Assembly: GCA_964187785.1 (NCBI GenBank)
Contig: OZ076409.1
Span: forward strand, 58,716,001-58,780,000
Length of the DNA stretch: 64,000 nt
Source of the DNA: Amphiscolops sp. MND2022
Lineage: Eukaryota
Direction: 5' to 3'
In this document: piece after piece, positions 48,701 to 61,921 of the stretch
Layout of the letters: every line of letters starts with the position of its first letter
Position numbering within the stretch: position 1 is the stretch's first letter
The notes under the pieces: model-generated
Told to the model about the DNA's origin: nothing
Databases searched by the model: none
The model's input: only the letters and a program-made list of their open reading frames with translations
Program-made: the position numbers and the translations under genes

Positions 48701-50645
48701 AAAGAAACCTCAGATCCTTATACAAGCTTCACATCAACTTGAAGCATTTTAAAATGAAGACACAAACAACTTCACTCAACATCGAATGAGAAAAAGCGTT
48801 AGTGTATGGATCGATGGACTCTTTATGTTGGGTACAGTTTGATATTTTCCCAAAATTTGTTTTCAAATTTATTTCCAAATAAATGAGAGGTTCATAACCA
48901 AATTTCAATTCAAAATTCAACTACCATAAACTGTTTGCCAGGATATGTAATTGCAGTGATATTTGAACTTCTTTGATGACCCAAATGACCTCAAAAGAGT
49001 CCCCAACATTTAACCCTTTCATGACAATTTTTAAATTTTTTAACGAACAGCTTTTTAGAATTTTTTGTTCGGAGAATTTATTTTTCATTAGGATTTCCAA
49101 AACATCGTTGCTGGAATCTGCCAACTAAAAACGGTCAGTAAACGCCAGACATCGTAGTCAAGAAGTAAGATCAACTGGTAATCTATATACCTGCACATTT
49201 TAAATATAAGCTAAATTTTTCAAACGCATTAGTTCCCAGTTTGTTTTAAAATACTATTCCATGAAAGTTGCTTTTGGACACTTCAATTATTTACTTTAAG
49301 ACAGGCGCTGTCGATCCTGATGGTTTTCATATGAAAATGATCAGAAACCTTGGAGCAACCGCAATAGCATTTCCACTGAAGACATCCAATGTTGCTGAAT
49401 GCTAGATCCATGCTCTGCGGCCTTGTTCTCGTTCGAGAATCGTATTTTAGAGGAAAACCAACAAGGAGCAGTACGATGATTGCTCAAACTATCTACCGCT
49501 GTCCATTGCAAGCCAATTTGGTAAGAATTTCGAGCGGATGCTATTCAGCCGACTAAATGGGTTCTTGGAGGATACATGTGTGCTATCTAGCTAACAAGGT
49601 TTCAGGAGGAAAAGAAACCTCAGATCCTTATACAAGCTTCACATCAACTTGAAGCATTTTAAAATGAAGACACAAACAACTTCACTCAACATCGAATGAG
49701 AAAAAGCGTTAGTGTATGGATCGATGGACTCTTTATGTTGGGTACAGTTTGATATTTTCCCAAAATTTGTTTTCAAATTTATTTCCAAATAAATGAGAGG
49801 TTCATAACCAAATTTCAATTCAAAATTCAACTACCATAAACTGTTTGCCAGGATATGTAATTGCAGTGATATTTGAACTTCTTTGATGACCCAAATGACC
49901 TCAAAAGAGTCCCCAACATTTAACCCTTTCATGACAATTTTTAAATTTTTTAACGAACAGCTTTTTAGAATTTTTTGTTCGGAGAATTTATTTTTCATTA
50001 GGATTTCCAAAACATCGTTGCTGGAATCTGCCAACTAAAAACGGTCAGTAAACGCCAGACATCGTAGTCAAGAAGTAAGATCAACTGGTAATCTATATAC
50101 CTGCACATTTTAAATATAAGCTAAATTTTTCAAAAGCATTAGTTCCCAGTTTGTTTTAAAATACTATTCCATGAAAGTTGCTTTTGGACACTTCAATTAT
50201 TTACTTTAAGACAGGCGCTGTCGATCCTGATGGTTTTCATATGAAAATGATCAGAAACCTTGGAGCAACCGCAATAGCATTTCCACTGAAGACATCCAAT
50301 GTTGCTGAATGCTAGATCCATGCTCTGCGGCCTTGTTCTCGTTCGAGAATCGTATTTTAGAGGAAAACCAACAAGGAGCAGTACGATGATTGCTCAAACT
50401 ATCTACCGCTGTCCATTGCAAGCCAATTTGGTAAGAATTTCGAGCGGATGCTATTCAGCCGACTAAATGGGTTCTTGGAGGATACATGTGTGCTATCTAG
50501 CTAACAAGGTTTCAGGAGGAAAAGAAACCTCAGATCCTTATACAAGCTTCACATCAACTTGAAGCATTTTAAAATGAAGACACAAACAACTTCACCCAAC
50601 ATCGAATGAGAAAAAGCGTTAGTGTATGGATCGATGGACTCTTTA
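39724..50645 (+). repeat. Tandem array of 12 near-identical ~910-bp units; each unit is AT-rich sequence plus a decayed LINE RT fragment
   Basis: gttgggtacagtttg recurs at 39724, 40636, 41546, 42456, 43365, 44275, 45185, 46095, 47007, 47917, 48827 and 49737. Units contain DPDGFH and NYLPLSIASQFGKNFERML...QGFR remnants. Confidence 0.97.
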
Positions 50646-51926
50646 TATTAAAGCAACAGAAGGTAAAGAATTGAAGCAGAATTTTCGTTTTAGTGAGATT
50701 TTTTGAAGAATCGAGAAGCATTCACCGAGTTAACACGTTTCAGCTCCTGTTTAAAAGATCGATCGTGGAATCCAACAACGTTTTGTCGGTGCTTCTGTTC
50801 CTGTTGTTTTTCAGCTTTTAGATACCGAACCTTGTCACTTCAAATTCGCCGACGAAAGTGCTATAATGATCCAAGGCTGCAATGTAAATGACATTTCGAA
50901 GAAACTCTACCACTCATGCAGAAAAAATTGAAAACTGGTGCAACAAATGGAGAATGGGAGTGAATGGTTCTAAAACAACTGATTTTACTAAACGTAGACA
51001 AAACTATCAGTTCTTTAGTTTAACAATCAAATATGTGCAATCAAAAGACTAATGAAATCACTCGTCCTATTGATTGATGACAACCTTAGTTATTAAGAGC
51101 ATGCGTGCAGAAAGTCAGCAGCAAGGCAAAACGTAGATGGGATAACGAGTCTTCGCCTGTAAGTGGAGCCTACCTATTCCAGCATTAGTTCAGCTATACA
51201 AAGTAATCATTGTTCCACAGCTCTTATAAGCACCTATTTCATTTAAGAAAAATAAAAACATCAAAATGTGGGAATCGTTCTATACACTCAGTTTTCCGCC
51301 CCGCCATAGCTATACACCAAACACCAGAAACTGCGAAACCTTGATGGGAGTACCACCACTTGATCTGCATAACGACGGCACCAAAGCACAATTTCATATC
51401 GAAATGAAAAAGGCAACGATTTGGTTTGTACCTGGTTTCAGCGAGTTAGCCATTGGAAAGTTTTTTAGCCATTGGAAAGTCAGCAGCAAGGCAAAACGTA
51501 GATGGGATAACGAGTCTTCGCCTGTAAGTGGAGCCTACCGATTCCAGCATTAGTTCAGCTATACAAAGTAATCATTGTTCCACAGCTCTTATAAGCATCA
51601 CCTATTTCATTTAAGAAAAATAAAAACATCACTCAAAGTGTGGGAATCGTTCTATACACTCAGTTTTCCGCCCCGCCATAGCTATACACCAAACACCAGA
51701 AACTGCGAAACGTTGATGGGAGTACCACCACTTGATCTGCATAACGACGGCACCAAAGCTCAATTTCATATCGAAATGAAAAAGGCAACGATTTGGTTTG
51801 TACCTGGTTTCAGCGAGTTAGACATTGGAAATTTTTTTCAGTAGCTGGATGCGCCTGGAAAATGTGGAAGAGGGAATCACCAATGCGCGCTTGAGGCAAT
51901 TCAGATCATTATCATGTCTTCATGTG
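50200..51926 (+). mobile_element. Old degenerate LINE ORF2 remnant (source of the array RT fragment), with a ~365-bp tandem duplication at 51110-51830; resumes at 61922-62200
   Basis: Continues past the last array unit with SVWIDG, KFADE and WCNKWRMGVNGSKT remnants. Confidence 0.7.
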
Positions 51927-51949
51927 CTATTTTATCTAAACATGTAATA

Positions 51950-52475
51950 CACCGTTTCTAATTTAGATGAACAAAATTTCAAGTTAGATGAATTCACCAA
52001 TAAGATGTAATCGTTCCATTTACATGTGCCCGCTGATCGGTGTCAATTTAAATGAATAAATTTCATTTTAGATGAATATGCGAGTGGTGATAAAACTAAA
52101 TACGCAACAAAATTTGATTTTAATTGGATGAAATTCCATTTTAGATGAATTAATCACCAATTTCCAATAACTTCTTCTTTCACTGAGACTGAGAATTTGG
52201 TGCGTTTACCGTAAGCAACTGCTGCTTGATTCTCGGCCTTTCATTTTATTCAAGTAAATTGTAATTTTATTCAATCAAAGTGACAATTTGGAATGACTCT
52301 GTTTTAATTGGCTGCCGAGTTTTGTTAGCTTTCTGGTTTATTCAACTAAAATTAGCTTTCATTCATCTGAATTGGAATTGTGATAGCATTGATTTATACT
52401 GATTGTCATTGGTGGAATTAGGAAGCACGGAGTTCAACAAAGTTGAAATTTTGTTCATCTAAATTACAAACGGTG
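51950..52475. mobile_element. MITE with 33-bp TIRs (CAC...GTG), flanked by TA
   Basis: ta|caccgtttctaatttagatgaacaaaatttcaa ... ttgaaattttgttcatctaaattacaaacggtg|ta (1 mismatch); internal tttagatgaa subrepeats. Confidence 0.8.
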
Positions 52476-52802
52476 TATTAATCTACGTATGCTATACTCT
52501 GGTTTTGTGTAACTTGGTTGAGTTACGCTGGTTAGGGTAATGTGCGTAATTCCGTTTACTTTATTATGGCCTACCAACCTTGTTTGATGTTATGTATTAA
52601 GCCTTCTTATGTTTTTTAAAGCTTAATATGGATCAACATCCAGCCAAGTGGTCTTGTACCGGGTCTGGCACCAAGTTAGTCAAGCTGCCAAGCCAATACG
52701 ACAACCTGCTTCCCAGTCCTTTAAGGATGCTGTTTCCTTGGCAACAACAAGGGGCAGAATTTATTTCAATTCATCTCAAAAACACATGGCAGTTCTTACG
52801 AT

Positions 52803-53774
52803 GTGGCGCGAGATGCTCACAGTAATACTGTCTATAATTGTCAGCTAATTCGAGGATTGTACCAGGATGTGACTGTACAAGATGTCACCTTTGAAAATCG
52901 GCGATTTCCACGTCGTGATTCCGCGCAGGCAGCCGGATTTTCTGTGTCTTCAGAGCATCGCGACATCCTCACAAAGTTGGACGCCAGCAGAATCGTATCG
53001 GTGACGGAGAAAGGAGCTTGGGCAGAAGAGAAAGTGAGAAAAGCCCTCATCAGTAAGTTTGCAATAGATAACTCCTGGTTCCCCGTCATGTGCCGCACAG
53101 GCTCTAAAAATCTGGTACGATACAACAACGTGGGCTTGTACGCCAAGGGTTTCCATCTACTATCAATCTTGGAGGACGCAGATGATAGTGGTAATGTAGC
53201 TCTACCCGGTGCCTGGGCGCAATACAACACTATTGATATCACCGTGGCTGTGGCCGCGCCAGCATTGGCGGCGTGGAACGACGCGATCATTAGTTCGCTC
53301 CAACTTTTTGCTTTTACCGATAGTTTATCGAATTACTCTATGGTAAGCGGAAGTTGTTTCTTACTTGGAGCAAGCTCACTGAAAAAAGTTGCTTTCAATT
53401 CCCCTGTTAAATTGCAAAGACGCATACTTAGAAGCCTTATTGCTGTTTCCGGACTAACCTTCAATAGGCGGAACCACCCATCACAGTGGGCGCAACGTTA
53501 CCTGAAGTGTATAAAGTCAAACAAAATAGTTATATGGCACGACTGTATTAACAACTCAGTCAGCAAACACCAGAATCACCCAAATAGACCGATCTACCCT
53601 GTTCCCCAATTGATAGAAGATCTAAATATGTGGAAGCAGAAAATCGCTGCAATAGTGTATCTGAGGAGACTTGGAACATCAAACATGGAACCTCACGGAA
53701 CTCAAACTCCTCGATATCAATGTGCGAAACCAGGGAAACTTGCGAAAACTGATCCAAAAGAGGCGCACTCATAA
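52803..53774 (+). CDS. Retroelement-associated ORF; C-terminal half resembles a divergent SGNH/GDSL hydrolase-like domain
   Basis: 323-aa open frame; FLLGASSL...AVSGLTFN...IVIWHDCINNS spaced like SGNH blocks I-III; lies directly upstream of LINE ORF1. Confidence 0.45.
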   Translation: MARDAHSNTVYNCQLIRGLYQDVTVQDVTFENRRFPRRDSAQAAGFSVSSEHRDILTKLDASRIVSVTEKGAWAEEKVRKALISKFAIDNSWFPVMCRTGSKNLVRYNNVGLYAKGFHLLSILEDADDSGNVALPGAWAQYNTIDITVAVAAPALAAWNDAIISSLQLFAFTDSLSNYSMVSGSCFLLGASSLKKVAFNSPVKLQRRILRSLIAVSGLTFNRRNHPSQWAQRYLKCIKSNKIVIWHDCINNSVSKHQNHPNRPIYPVPQLIEDLNMWKQKIAAIVYLRRLGTSNMEPHGTQTPRYQCAKPGKLAKTDPKEAHS

Positions 53775-53907
53775 ACGGAAACTATCGAAAAAAGCCAGAG
53801 CCAAAATGAAACGCTCTACTAGCACTTAAGGTTTGTCATATTTCATTTGTTTTCGCGTGACTTTAAAGAGGCACAGCTGCCTCGGAGTTGCAAGAAAGCA
53901 GTGAAAT

Positions 53908-55192
53908 ATGCGACCCAAAAGGCTAGAATCTGCCCATGAACACGCATGTGGCGACTGTAAAGCTAAAGTTACGGAAAAATGTATCCAATGCGATGGCTGT
54001 GACCTGTGGTTTCACACAGACTGTGTCAAAATCACAGAAGTACAACGGACTGTCCTCGACGAAGTAAAAAACTCCCTCTGGTGCTGCTCAAAATGTTTGG
54101 AAAAGGTTTCGTCTTTCCTGAAAAGCGGTGTCCATAACATCAAACATTACCTCGAGCAGAGTAAAAAATTGACTCGAAACACAGCAATTGAAGAAGGACA
54201 TCTCAACGAGCTAAAGAAAAACCTCACCGAAAATACAAAAGTAATGAATAAAAGTCTAGAACTGCTCGAAAAAGCTCAAAATAAATGAAGTCAACAAAAT
54301 CAACACCGTTATACCTATACTTAAATCAGTTGAAATGAACACGTCAACAATGAACACAAAAACTTTCGCAGATGCAGACAACTGAAAGTAAAGTACTGAA
54401 CCCCACTGAAGCTGAAACTGAACAACGGCCTAAACCAACCCGAAAAACAGACTCCTCGAATATATTGATAATTGAAAACGTCACAAAAAAAGAATCTGTC
54501 AAATCTAGCTCGTGCATTAAAAAAGAGGTATCCAAGTTTTTTTCCACGAATCTAAATAGAGCAAGCGTTAGCGCTCGCTAACGGAAACGTTTTTCTTCAT
54601 TTAACGGAAGCTTCCGTGGTAACAGAACTTCTTACAATCTGGGATCCCAATTGTTTCGGTAACGCAACGAAAGCACGCAGACCAAAACAAGCTGCCCATA
54701 GATTAGTTATCAAAGGCTTTGACATTGAGCTCACTGACCAAGAAGCGAATGAAGACCTCAAAAAAGAATACCTGACGCTGAACTGAAATGTTTCACAAAA
54801 AGAGACGGGACACGCTTGTCAACTGCTACCATTGAATTTACTAATGAACAATCTCACTCCACCGGTCTGAAAGTGGGCATCTTCATGCGCAATCAATACA
54901 ATAGAACGTTACCATATCTAGAAAAACCAAAGATATCTCGATGTTACAACTGACAGTGCTTTGGCCATAATGCTACGCTCTGCAACAAGGAGAAGCGCTG
55001 CTCCAGATGTGCAGAGGAAGGGCACGTCAGTCACTCGTGCCCAGAATCAAACGAAATTATAACTGTCAACTGTAATGAAAAGCATGTGAGCTATAGTACT
55101 GCCTGCCGCTTCTATCACTCGACCCTTATCAAAATGTACACAATGAAAAATTTGGAGATTCCAAAGTGGTTAGCCAACTACCAGGGACATGA
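53908..55192 (+). pseudogene. LINE ORF1 (PHD finger, coiled coil, CCHC zinc knuckles), disrupted
   Basis: PHD CGDC...CIQCDGCDLWFHTDC...WCCSKC; knuckles RCYN*QCFGHNATLC..RCSRCAEEGH...C at ~54940-55110. Confidence 0.85.
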
Positions 55193-57950
55193 CTGAAAGC
55201 AATAGTCTGAAGACCATGCTTATTAACATTAATGGACTTTCGATTCACTCCAAAGCAGCTGTGGAAAATTACACCGATGAACAAGGGATTGGAGTGTTCG
55301 CATTATGCGAGACTGGCAAACTGTTAGGACAAAATGACTTGAAAAACTATCACATATAACAAACACCAAAGAAAAGAGTCAGTATCTCAATTCACGACAG
55401 TCAAAAATTGACGGAACTGAAATGCCTAATGACCGAAAATATAGACATTATTTTCGCTCTAATCATAAGAGAAGAGAAAACAAAAAGGTCGTAGGAGCCG
55501 CCTACATACCACCCGATGATCAAACTTCACTTGATCTGCTGTTAAAATCACTAACAGCTTGTGTCGCCTTCTGTAATGAACACACTATAAACAATCTGAT
55601 ATTCATAGAGACTTCAACTGCCGCCATGAAGCGTGGAACAACACCACTCGAAACAAAAACGGCCAGCTCTTTCATGAATACATAAAATCAGCAGAGCATC
55701 TAACAGTAGCAAGCGCAAACACTCCAAACTTCAACTGCAAAAAGGCTCCAGCATAATAGAACTCTGCATTACCAGTCCAATCTTCTACCCTCCTTGAGTA
55801 ACATCATGGCAGACAACACAATCGAACTCTTCACAGGTGCACCCAATTGGGGTCACTTTCCTGTCACATGGGAATGGCTGGTATCCAACTCAGCCAAGAA
55901 ACAAGTCAAATGGGATACAATTAACTGGGAAAACTGGTGTCAAACGCTGGATGAGATGAGTCTGACAATGTTACGAGATAGTGAAATCTCAGATGACGCT
56001 TTTCAAACTTGGCTTTCCAACAAGGATCTACTAAAGCAATGCATGATCGACGTCATTGACACGAAAGTTATCACCCGTCACTCGAAGCCTTATTGGAATG
56101 AATGTCTCAGTTACCTCTCAGAAGATCTTCGACAAGTCAAAAAAAGGTGAAACAGCGGGAAAACGACAGCCACTGGGCTCAGAACTCTTCAAATTGGAAT
56201 TTAACCGCTCAGTCAACACCTGGTTACAAGACAACTCAAAAAATCTGAACAAAACATCAGGGCCAGACTTCTGGAAAAAATATCAACGGTTCATTGTGGA
56301 CAGAAACAAAACTTCCGGGGCTCTCAAAAACCATGAAGGAAAACATGTCTCTTCCGCAGAAGAATAGAAGTTCTAAAAAGATCTTTCTTCACCGGGGAAC
56401 ACCTTATAGGCCAGAATTTCAGTGAAACTGATCGACTGCAAGCTGTGATCACCAAAACTAGGCTTCTCAGCAAAGACGCACTAGATGAAAAAGCTGCTTT
56501 CTCAACGAACCCGTTACACTTCATGAAATAGAAATCGCACTGAAAAAATCTTGAGACTGCATGCAAAGCTTTCGATCCTGATGGTTTTCATCCAAAACTC
56601 ATTAAGCACTCCGGTCCCCGTTGCCGATTGATTCTTCAACATCTCTTCTGCAAATCACTGGAATGCGAAAAATGGGTTTGGCGAGAAGGAAAGGTTGTTT
56701 TTCTCCCAAAAAATGGCAGAAAAGATTATCTAGAACCAAAAAATTTCAGGCCAATAACACTATTAAGTGTCATTGGAAAGCTTTTTGAATCAATCATCGC
56801 GGCAGGAAATAACTGGATACCAACTAGAAATAATGCTTTTGATGACAATCAGAAAGGTTTTCGAAGCGGACGAAAAACATCGCGAATGCTGTATAAAATT
56901 TTCAGCGACATCAGTGGTATCAACTACCAAACACGCCGAGCTGCCCTAAATGGGATTGACCTTGAAAAAGCTTTTGACAGTGTGGACGTGAACCTAATGA
57001 CTAATAAACTTAGAAACGCAGTTGTCGGAAAACTTGCCCGACTGATTCATGATTATCTTTCTTCCCGGGCTATCCGCATTCAAATCGATGACACCGTATC
57101 GCCGCAGTTTAGTTGTGAACTTGGCCTACCGCAAGGAAGTATTCTATCCCCACTACTCTATCATTTTTATAATCGATATAGTTAGCGGCCCTACACTTAC
57201 CCACTACAAATATGCCGTGACACTACACTCATAGTCGAGTCAAATACAGCATCAGATTCGCTTCTGAAAGCGTCTGAAGCTATCTAACAGGTCAAGAAAT
57301 GGTACTTCCGGAATAGAATTATGATCAACGTCTCCCAAACTGTTTTTCTTCCCATCAACTTCTTCAAAGAGGAATTGGAACAAGCTCAAAATTTCACCCA
57401 CAAAGACTCGATGGTAGTGAAAGAAAGAATGACTGTCACGGTAATAGAAATTGGCGCTGTCAACGAAACAATCATGACCACAACATGAAAAGGCTGGGCT
57501 GAATGGGCCGAACTCAAGCAATTTTGTCAGATAACAAACGGTTTGAATTGCAAAACAATCGTTAAACTATACAGATGCGCTATTCAACCAAAAGTCTTTT
57601 ACGGTCTTCCGGACTGGAATAATTAAAACCTCAGTAAAATTAGCGAATTAGAAAACACTGTTCTTCACACAGCCACTGGAGGCTACAGCAAACCGGTTGT
57701 CAGGAATCTGGAACTGATGACAGGGGTCAAACCTGTAGACATCCAAATTCAAATACTGACAAACAAATTCTTATCCAAAGTTCTCAGCACAAATGACTAC
57801 ATGAAAAAATACTTTCTTGAAAATGTTGACACAAACCCGAAAGTTAGAAGCGACATAAAGATCCTTGAATGTTTTTTTTGCATGGAAATTCAACTCAAGA
57901 ACAAACAGAAACATTGACATAAATGAATTGACAGCCTACACCCTTACATA
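55190..57950 (+). pseudogene. LINE ORF2 (APE endonuclease plus reverse transcriptase), copy 1; disrupted and 3'-truncated by the duplication
   Basis: MLININGL...FALCET; AYIPP; FRPITLLSVIGKLFE; QKGFR; IDLEKAFDSV; GLPQGSILSPLL; broken YKYADD. Confidence 0.9.
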
Positions 57951-60900
57951 CAACCCGAAAAACAGACTCCTCGAATATATTGATAATTGAAAACGTCACA
58001 AAAAAAGAATCTGTCAAATCTAGCTCGTGCATTAAAAAAGAGGTATCCAAGTTTTTTTCCACGAATCTAAATAGAGCAAGCGTTAGCGCTCGCTAACGGA
58101 AACGTTTTTCTTCATTTAACGGAAGCTTCCGTGGTAACAGAACTTCTTACAATCTGGGATCCCAATTGTTCCGGTAACGCAACGAAAGCACGCAGACCAA
58201 AACAAGCTGCCCATAGATTAGTTATCAAAGGCTTTGACATTGAGCTCACTGACCAAGAAGCGAATGAAGACCTCAAAAAAGAATACCTGACGCTGAACTG
58301 AAATGTTTCACAAAAAGAGACGGGACACGCTTGTCAACTGCTACCATTGAATTTACTAATGAACAATCTCACTCCACCGGTCTGAAAGTGGGCATCTTCA
58401 TGCGCAATCAATACAATAGAACGTTACCATACCTAGAAAAACCAAAGATAACTCGATGTTACAACTGACAGTGCTTTGGCCATAATGCTACGCTCTGCAA
58501 CAAGGAGAAGCGCTGCTCCAGATGTGCAGAGGAAGGGCACGTCAGTCACTCGTGCCCAGAATCAAACGAAATTATAAGTGTCAACTGTAATGAAAAGCAT
58601 GTGAGCTATAGTACTGCCTGCCGCTTCTATCACTCGACCCTTATCAAAATGTACACAATGAAAAATTTGGAGATTCCAAAGTGGTTAGCCAACTACCAGG
58701 GACATGACTGAAAGCAATAGTCTGAAGACCATGCTTATTAACATTAATGGACTTTCGATTCACTCCAAAGCAGCTGTGGAAAATTACACCGATGAACAAG
58801 GGATTGGAGTGTTCGCATTATGCGAGACTGGCAAACTGTTAGGACAAAATGACTTGAAAAACTATCACATATAACAAACACCAAAGAAAAGAGTCAGTAT
58901 CTCAATTCACGACAGTCAAAAATTGACGGAACTGAAATGCCTAATGACCGAAAATATAGACATTATTTTCGCTCTAATCATAAGAGAAGAGAAAACAAAA
59001 AGGTCGTAGGAGCCGCCTACATACCACCCGATGATCAAACTTCACTTGATCTGCTGTTAAAATCACTAACAGCTTGTGTCGCCTTCTGTAATGAACACAC
59101 TATAAACAATCTGATATTCATAGAGACTTCAACTGCCGCCATGAAGCGTGGAACAACACCACTCGAAACAAAAACGGCCAGCTCTTTCATGAATACATAA
59201 AATCAGCAGAGCATCTAACAGTAGCAAGCGCAAATACTCCAAACTTCAACTGCAAAAAAGGCTCCAGCATAATAGACCTCTGCATTACCAGTCCAAATCT
59301 TCTACCCTCCTTGAGTAACATCATGGCAGACAACACAATGGAACTCTTCACAGGTGCACCCAATTGGGGTCACTTTCCTGTCACATGGGAATGGCTGGTA
59401 TCCAACTCAGCCAAGAAACAAGTCAAATGGGATCTTGATACAATTAACTGGGAAAACTGGTGTCAAACGCTGGATGAGATGAGTCTGACAATGTTACGAG
59501 ATAGTGAAATCTCAGATGACGCTTTTCAAACTTGGCTTTCCAACAAGGATCTACTAAAGCAATGCATGATCGACGTCATTGACACGAAAGTTATCACCCG
59601 TCACTCGAAGCCTTATTGGAATGAATGTCTCAGTTACCTCTCAGAAGATCTTCGACAAGTCAAAAAAAGGTGAAACAGCGGGAAAACGACAGCCACTGGG
59701 CTCAGAACTCTTCAAATTGGAATTTAACCGCTCAGTCAACACCTGGTTACAAGACAACTCAAAAAATCTGAACAAAACATCAGGGCCAGACTTCTGGAAA
59801 AAATATCAACGGTTCATTGTGGACAGAAACAAAACTTCCGGGGCTCTCAAAAACCATGAAGGAAAACATGTCTCTTCCGCAGAAGAATAGAAGTTCTAAA
59901 AAGATCTTTCTTCACCGGGGAACACCTTATAGGCCAGAATTTCAGTGAAACTGATCGACTGCAAGCTGTGATCACCAAAACTAGGCTTCTCAGCAAAGAC
60001 GCACTAGATGAAAAAGCTGCTTTCTCAACGAACCCGTTACACTTCATGAAATAGAAATCGCACTGAAAAAATCTTGAGACTGCATGCAAAGCTTTCGATC
60101 CTGATGGTTTTCATCCAAAACTCATTAAGCACTCCGGTCCCCGTTGCCGATTGATTCTTCAACATCTCTTCTGCAAATCACTGGAATGCGAAAAATGGGT
60201 TTGGCGAGAAGGAAAGGTTATTTTCCTCCCAAAAAATGGCAGAAAAGATTATCTAGAACCAAAAAATTTCAGGCCAATAACACTATTAAGTGTCATTGGA
60301 AAGCTTTTTGAATCAATCATCGCGGCAGGAAATAACTGGATACCAACTAGAAATAATGCTTTTGATGACAATCAGAAAGGTTTTCGAAGCGGACGAAAAA
60401 CATCGCGAATGCTGTATAAAATTTTCAGCGACATCAGTGGTATCAACTACCAAACACGCCGAGCTGCCCTAAATGGGATTGACCTTGAAAAAGCTTTTGA
60501 CAGTGTGGACGTGAACCTAATGACTAATAAACTTAGAAACGCAGTTGTCGGAAAACTTGCCCGACTGATTCATGATTATCTTTCTTCCCGGGCTATCTGC
60601 ATTCAAATCGATGACACCGTATCGCCGCAGTTTAGTTGTGAACTTGGCCTACCGCAAGGAAGTATTCTATCCCCACTACTCTATCATTTTTATAATCGAT
60701 ATAGTTAGCGGCCCTACACTTACCCACTACAAATATGCCGTGACACTACACTCATAGTCGAGTCAAATACAGCATCAGATTCGCTTCTGAAAGCGTCTGA
60801 AGCTATCTAACAGGTCAAGAAATGGTGCTTCCGGAATAGAATTATGATCAACGTCTCCCAAACTGTTTTTCTTCCCATCAACTTCTTCAAAGAGGAATTG

Positions 60901-61921
60901 AAACAAGCTCAAAATTTCACCCACAAAGACTCGATGGTAGAGAAAGAAAGAATGACTGTCACGGTAATAGAAATTGGCGCTGTCAACGAAACAATCATGA
61001 CCACAACAAGAAAAGGCTGGGCTGAATGGGCCGAACTCAAGCAATTTTGTCAGATAACAAACGGTTTGAATTGCAAAACAATCGTTAAACTATACAGATG
61101 CGCTATTCAACCAAAAGTCTTTTACGGTCTTCCGGACTGGAATAATTAAAACCTCAGTAAAATTAGCGAATTAGAAAACACTGTTCTTCACACAGCCACT
61201 GGAGGCTACAGCAAACCGGTTGTCAGGAATCTGGAACTGATGACAGGGGTCAAACCTGTAGACATCCAAATTCAAATACTGACAAACAAATTCTTATCCA
61301 AAGTTCTCAGCACAAATGACTACATGAAAAAATACTTTCTTGAAAATGTTGACACAAACCCGAAAGTTAGAAGCGACATAAAGATCCTTGAATGTTTTTT
61401 TTTGCATGGAAATTCAACTCAAGAACAAACAGAAACATTGACATAAATGAATTGACAGCCTACACCCTTACATACAACCAAGTGGAAATCGAAAATTATG
61501 AATTAGGACTTTGGCAGAGACACTGGACCCATCAATGTGAGACCCCGCAAGTTCCACTCAACCACAAAATTCAAATGCAGTTCAGATTTCCTCGGAAAGA
61601 AGTAGGCACCTTCAGACTGATATCAGGCCACTGCAAATTAAACGTTTTCTCTACAAAATTTGGAAAGCACCCTCTCCAAGATGCTCCTGTGGCGTTAATG
61701 AAGAAACAGTGGAACATTTCTTACTCTTCTGCAACATGTTCAATGAGCCTAGAGAAAAATGGCAAATTCGAGGCTCCCTGTCGGAAGCTCTCCAAAACAA
61801 GAACTTGACTGATTTTATCAAAGAAACAGAACGGTTTAATTGAACTCATGAGAACTTGCGTCATCTCATCTTGTTTGAACAACTAAGATTGTTAACTGCT
61901 CGCAAAAAGGAGCTACTAGAA
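57951..61921 (+). mobile_element. Tandem duplicate of the LINE segment 54436-57950 plus the genuine 3' end (C-terminal Cys/His motif)
   Basis: Restarts at caacccgaaaaacagactcc with most lesions shared with copy 1; ends RLISGHCKLN...CSCGVNEETVEHFLLFC. Confidence 0.9.

Noticed and set aside
39724..50645. Array as a CRISPR-like locus, RNA-gene cluster or multicopy protein gene (repeated 63-aa and 67-aa ORFs)
   Set aside because: Units are near-identical with no variable spacers, and I recognise no 5S, snRNA or spliced-leader motif. The ORFs start at TTG, are broken in some units and resemble no family I recognise.
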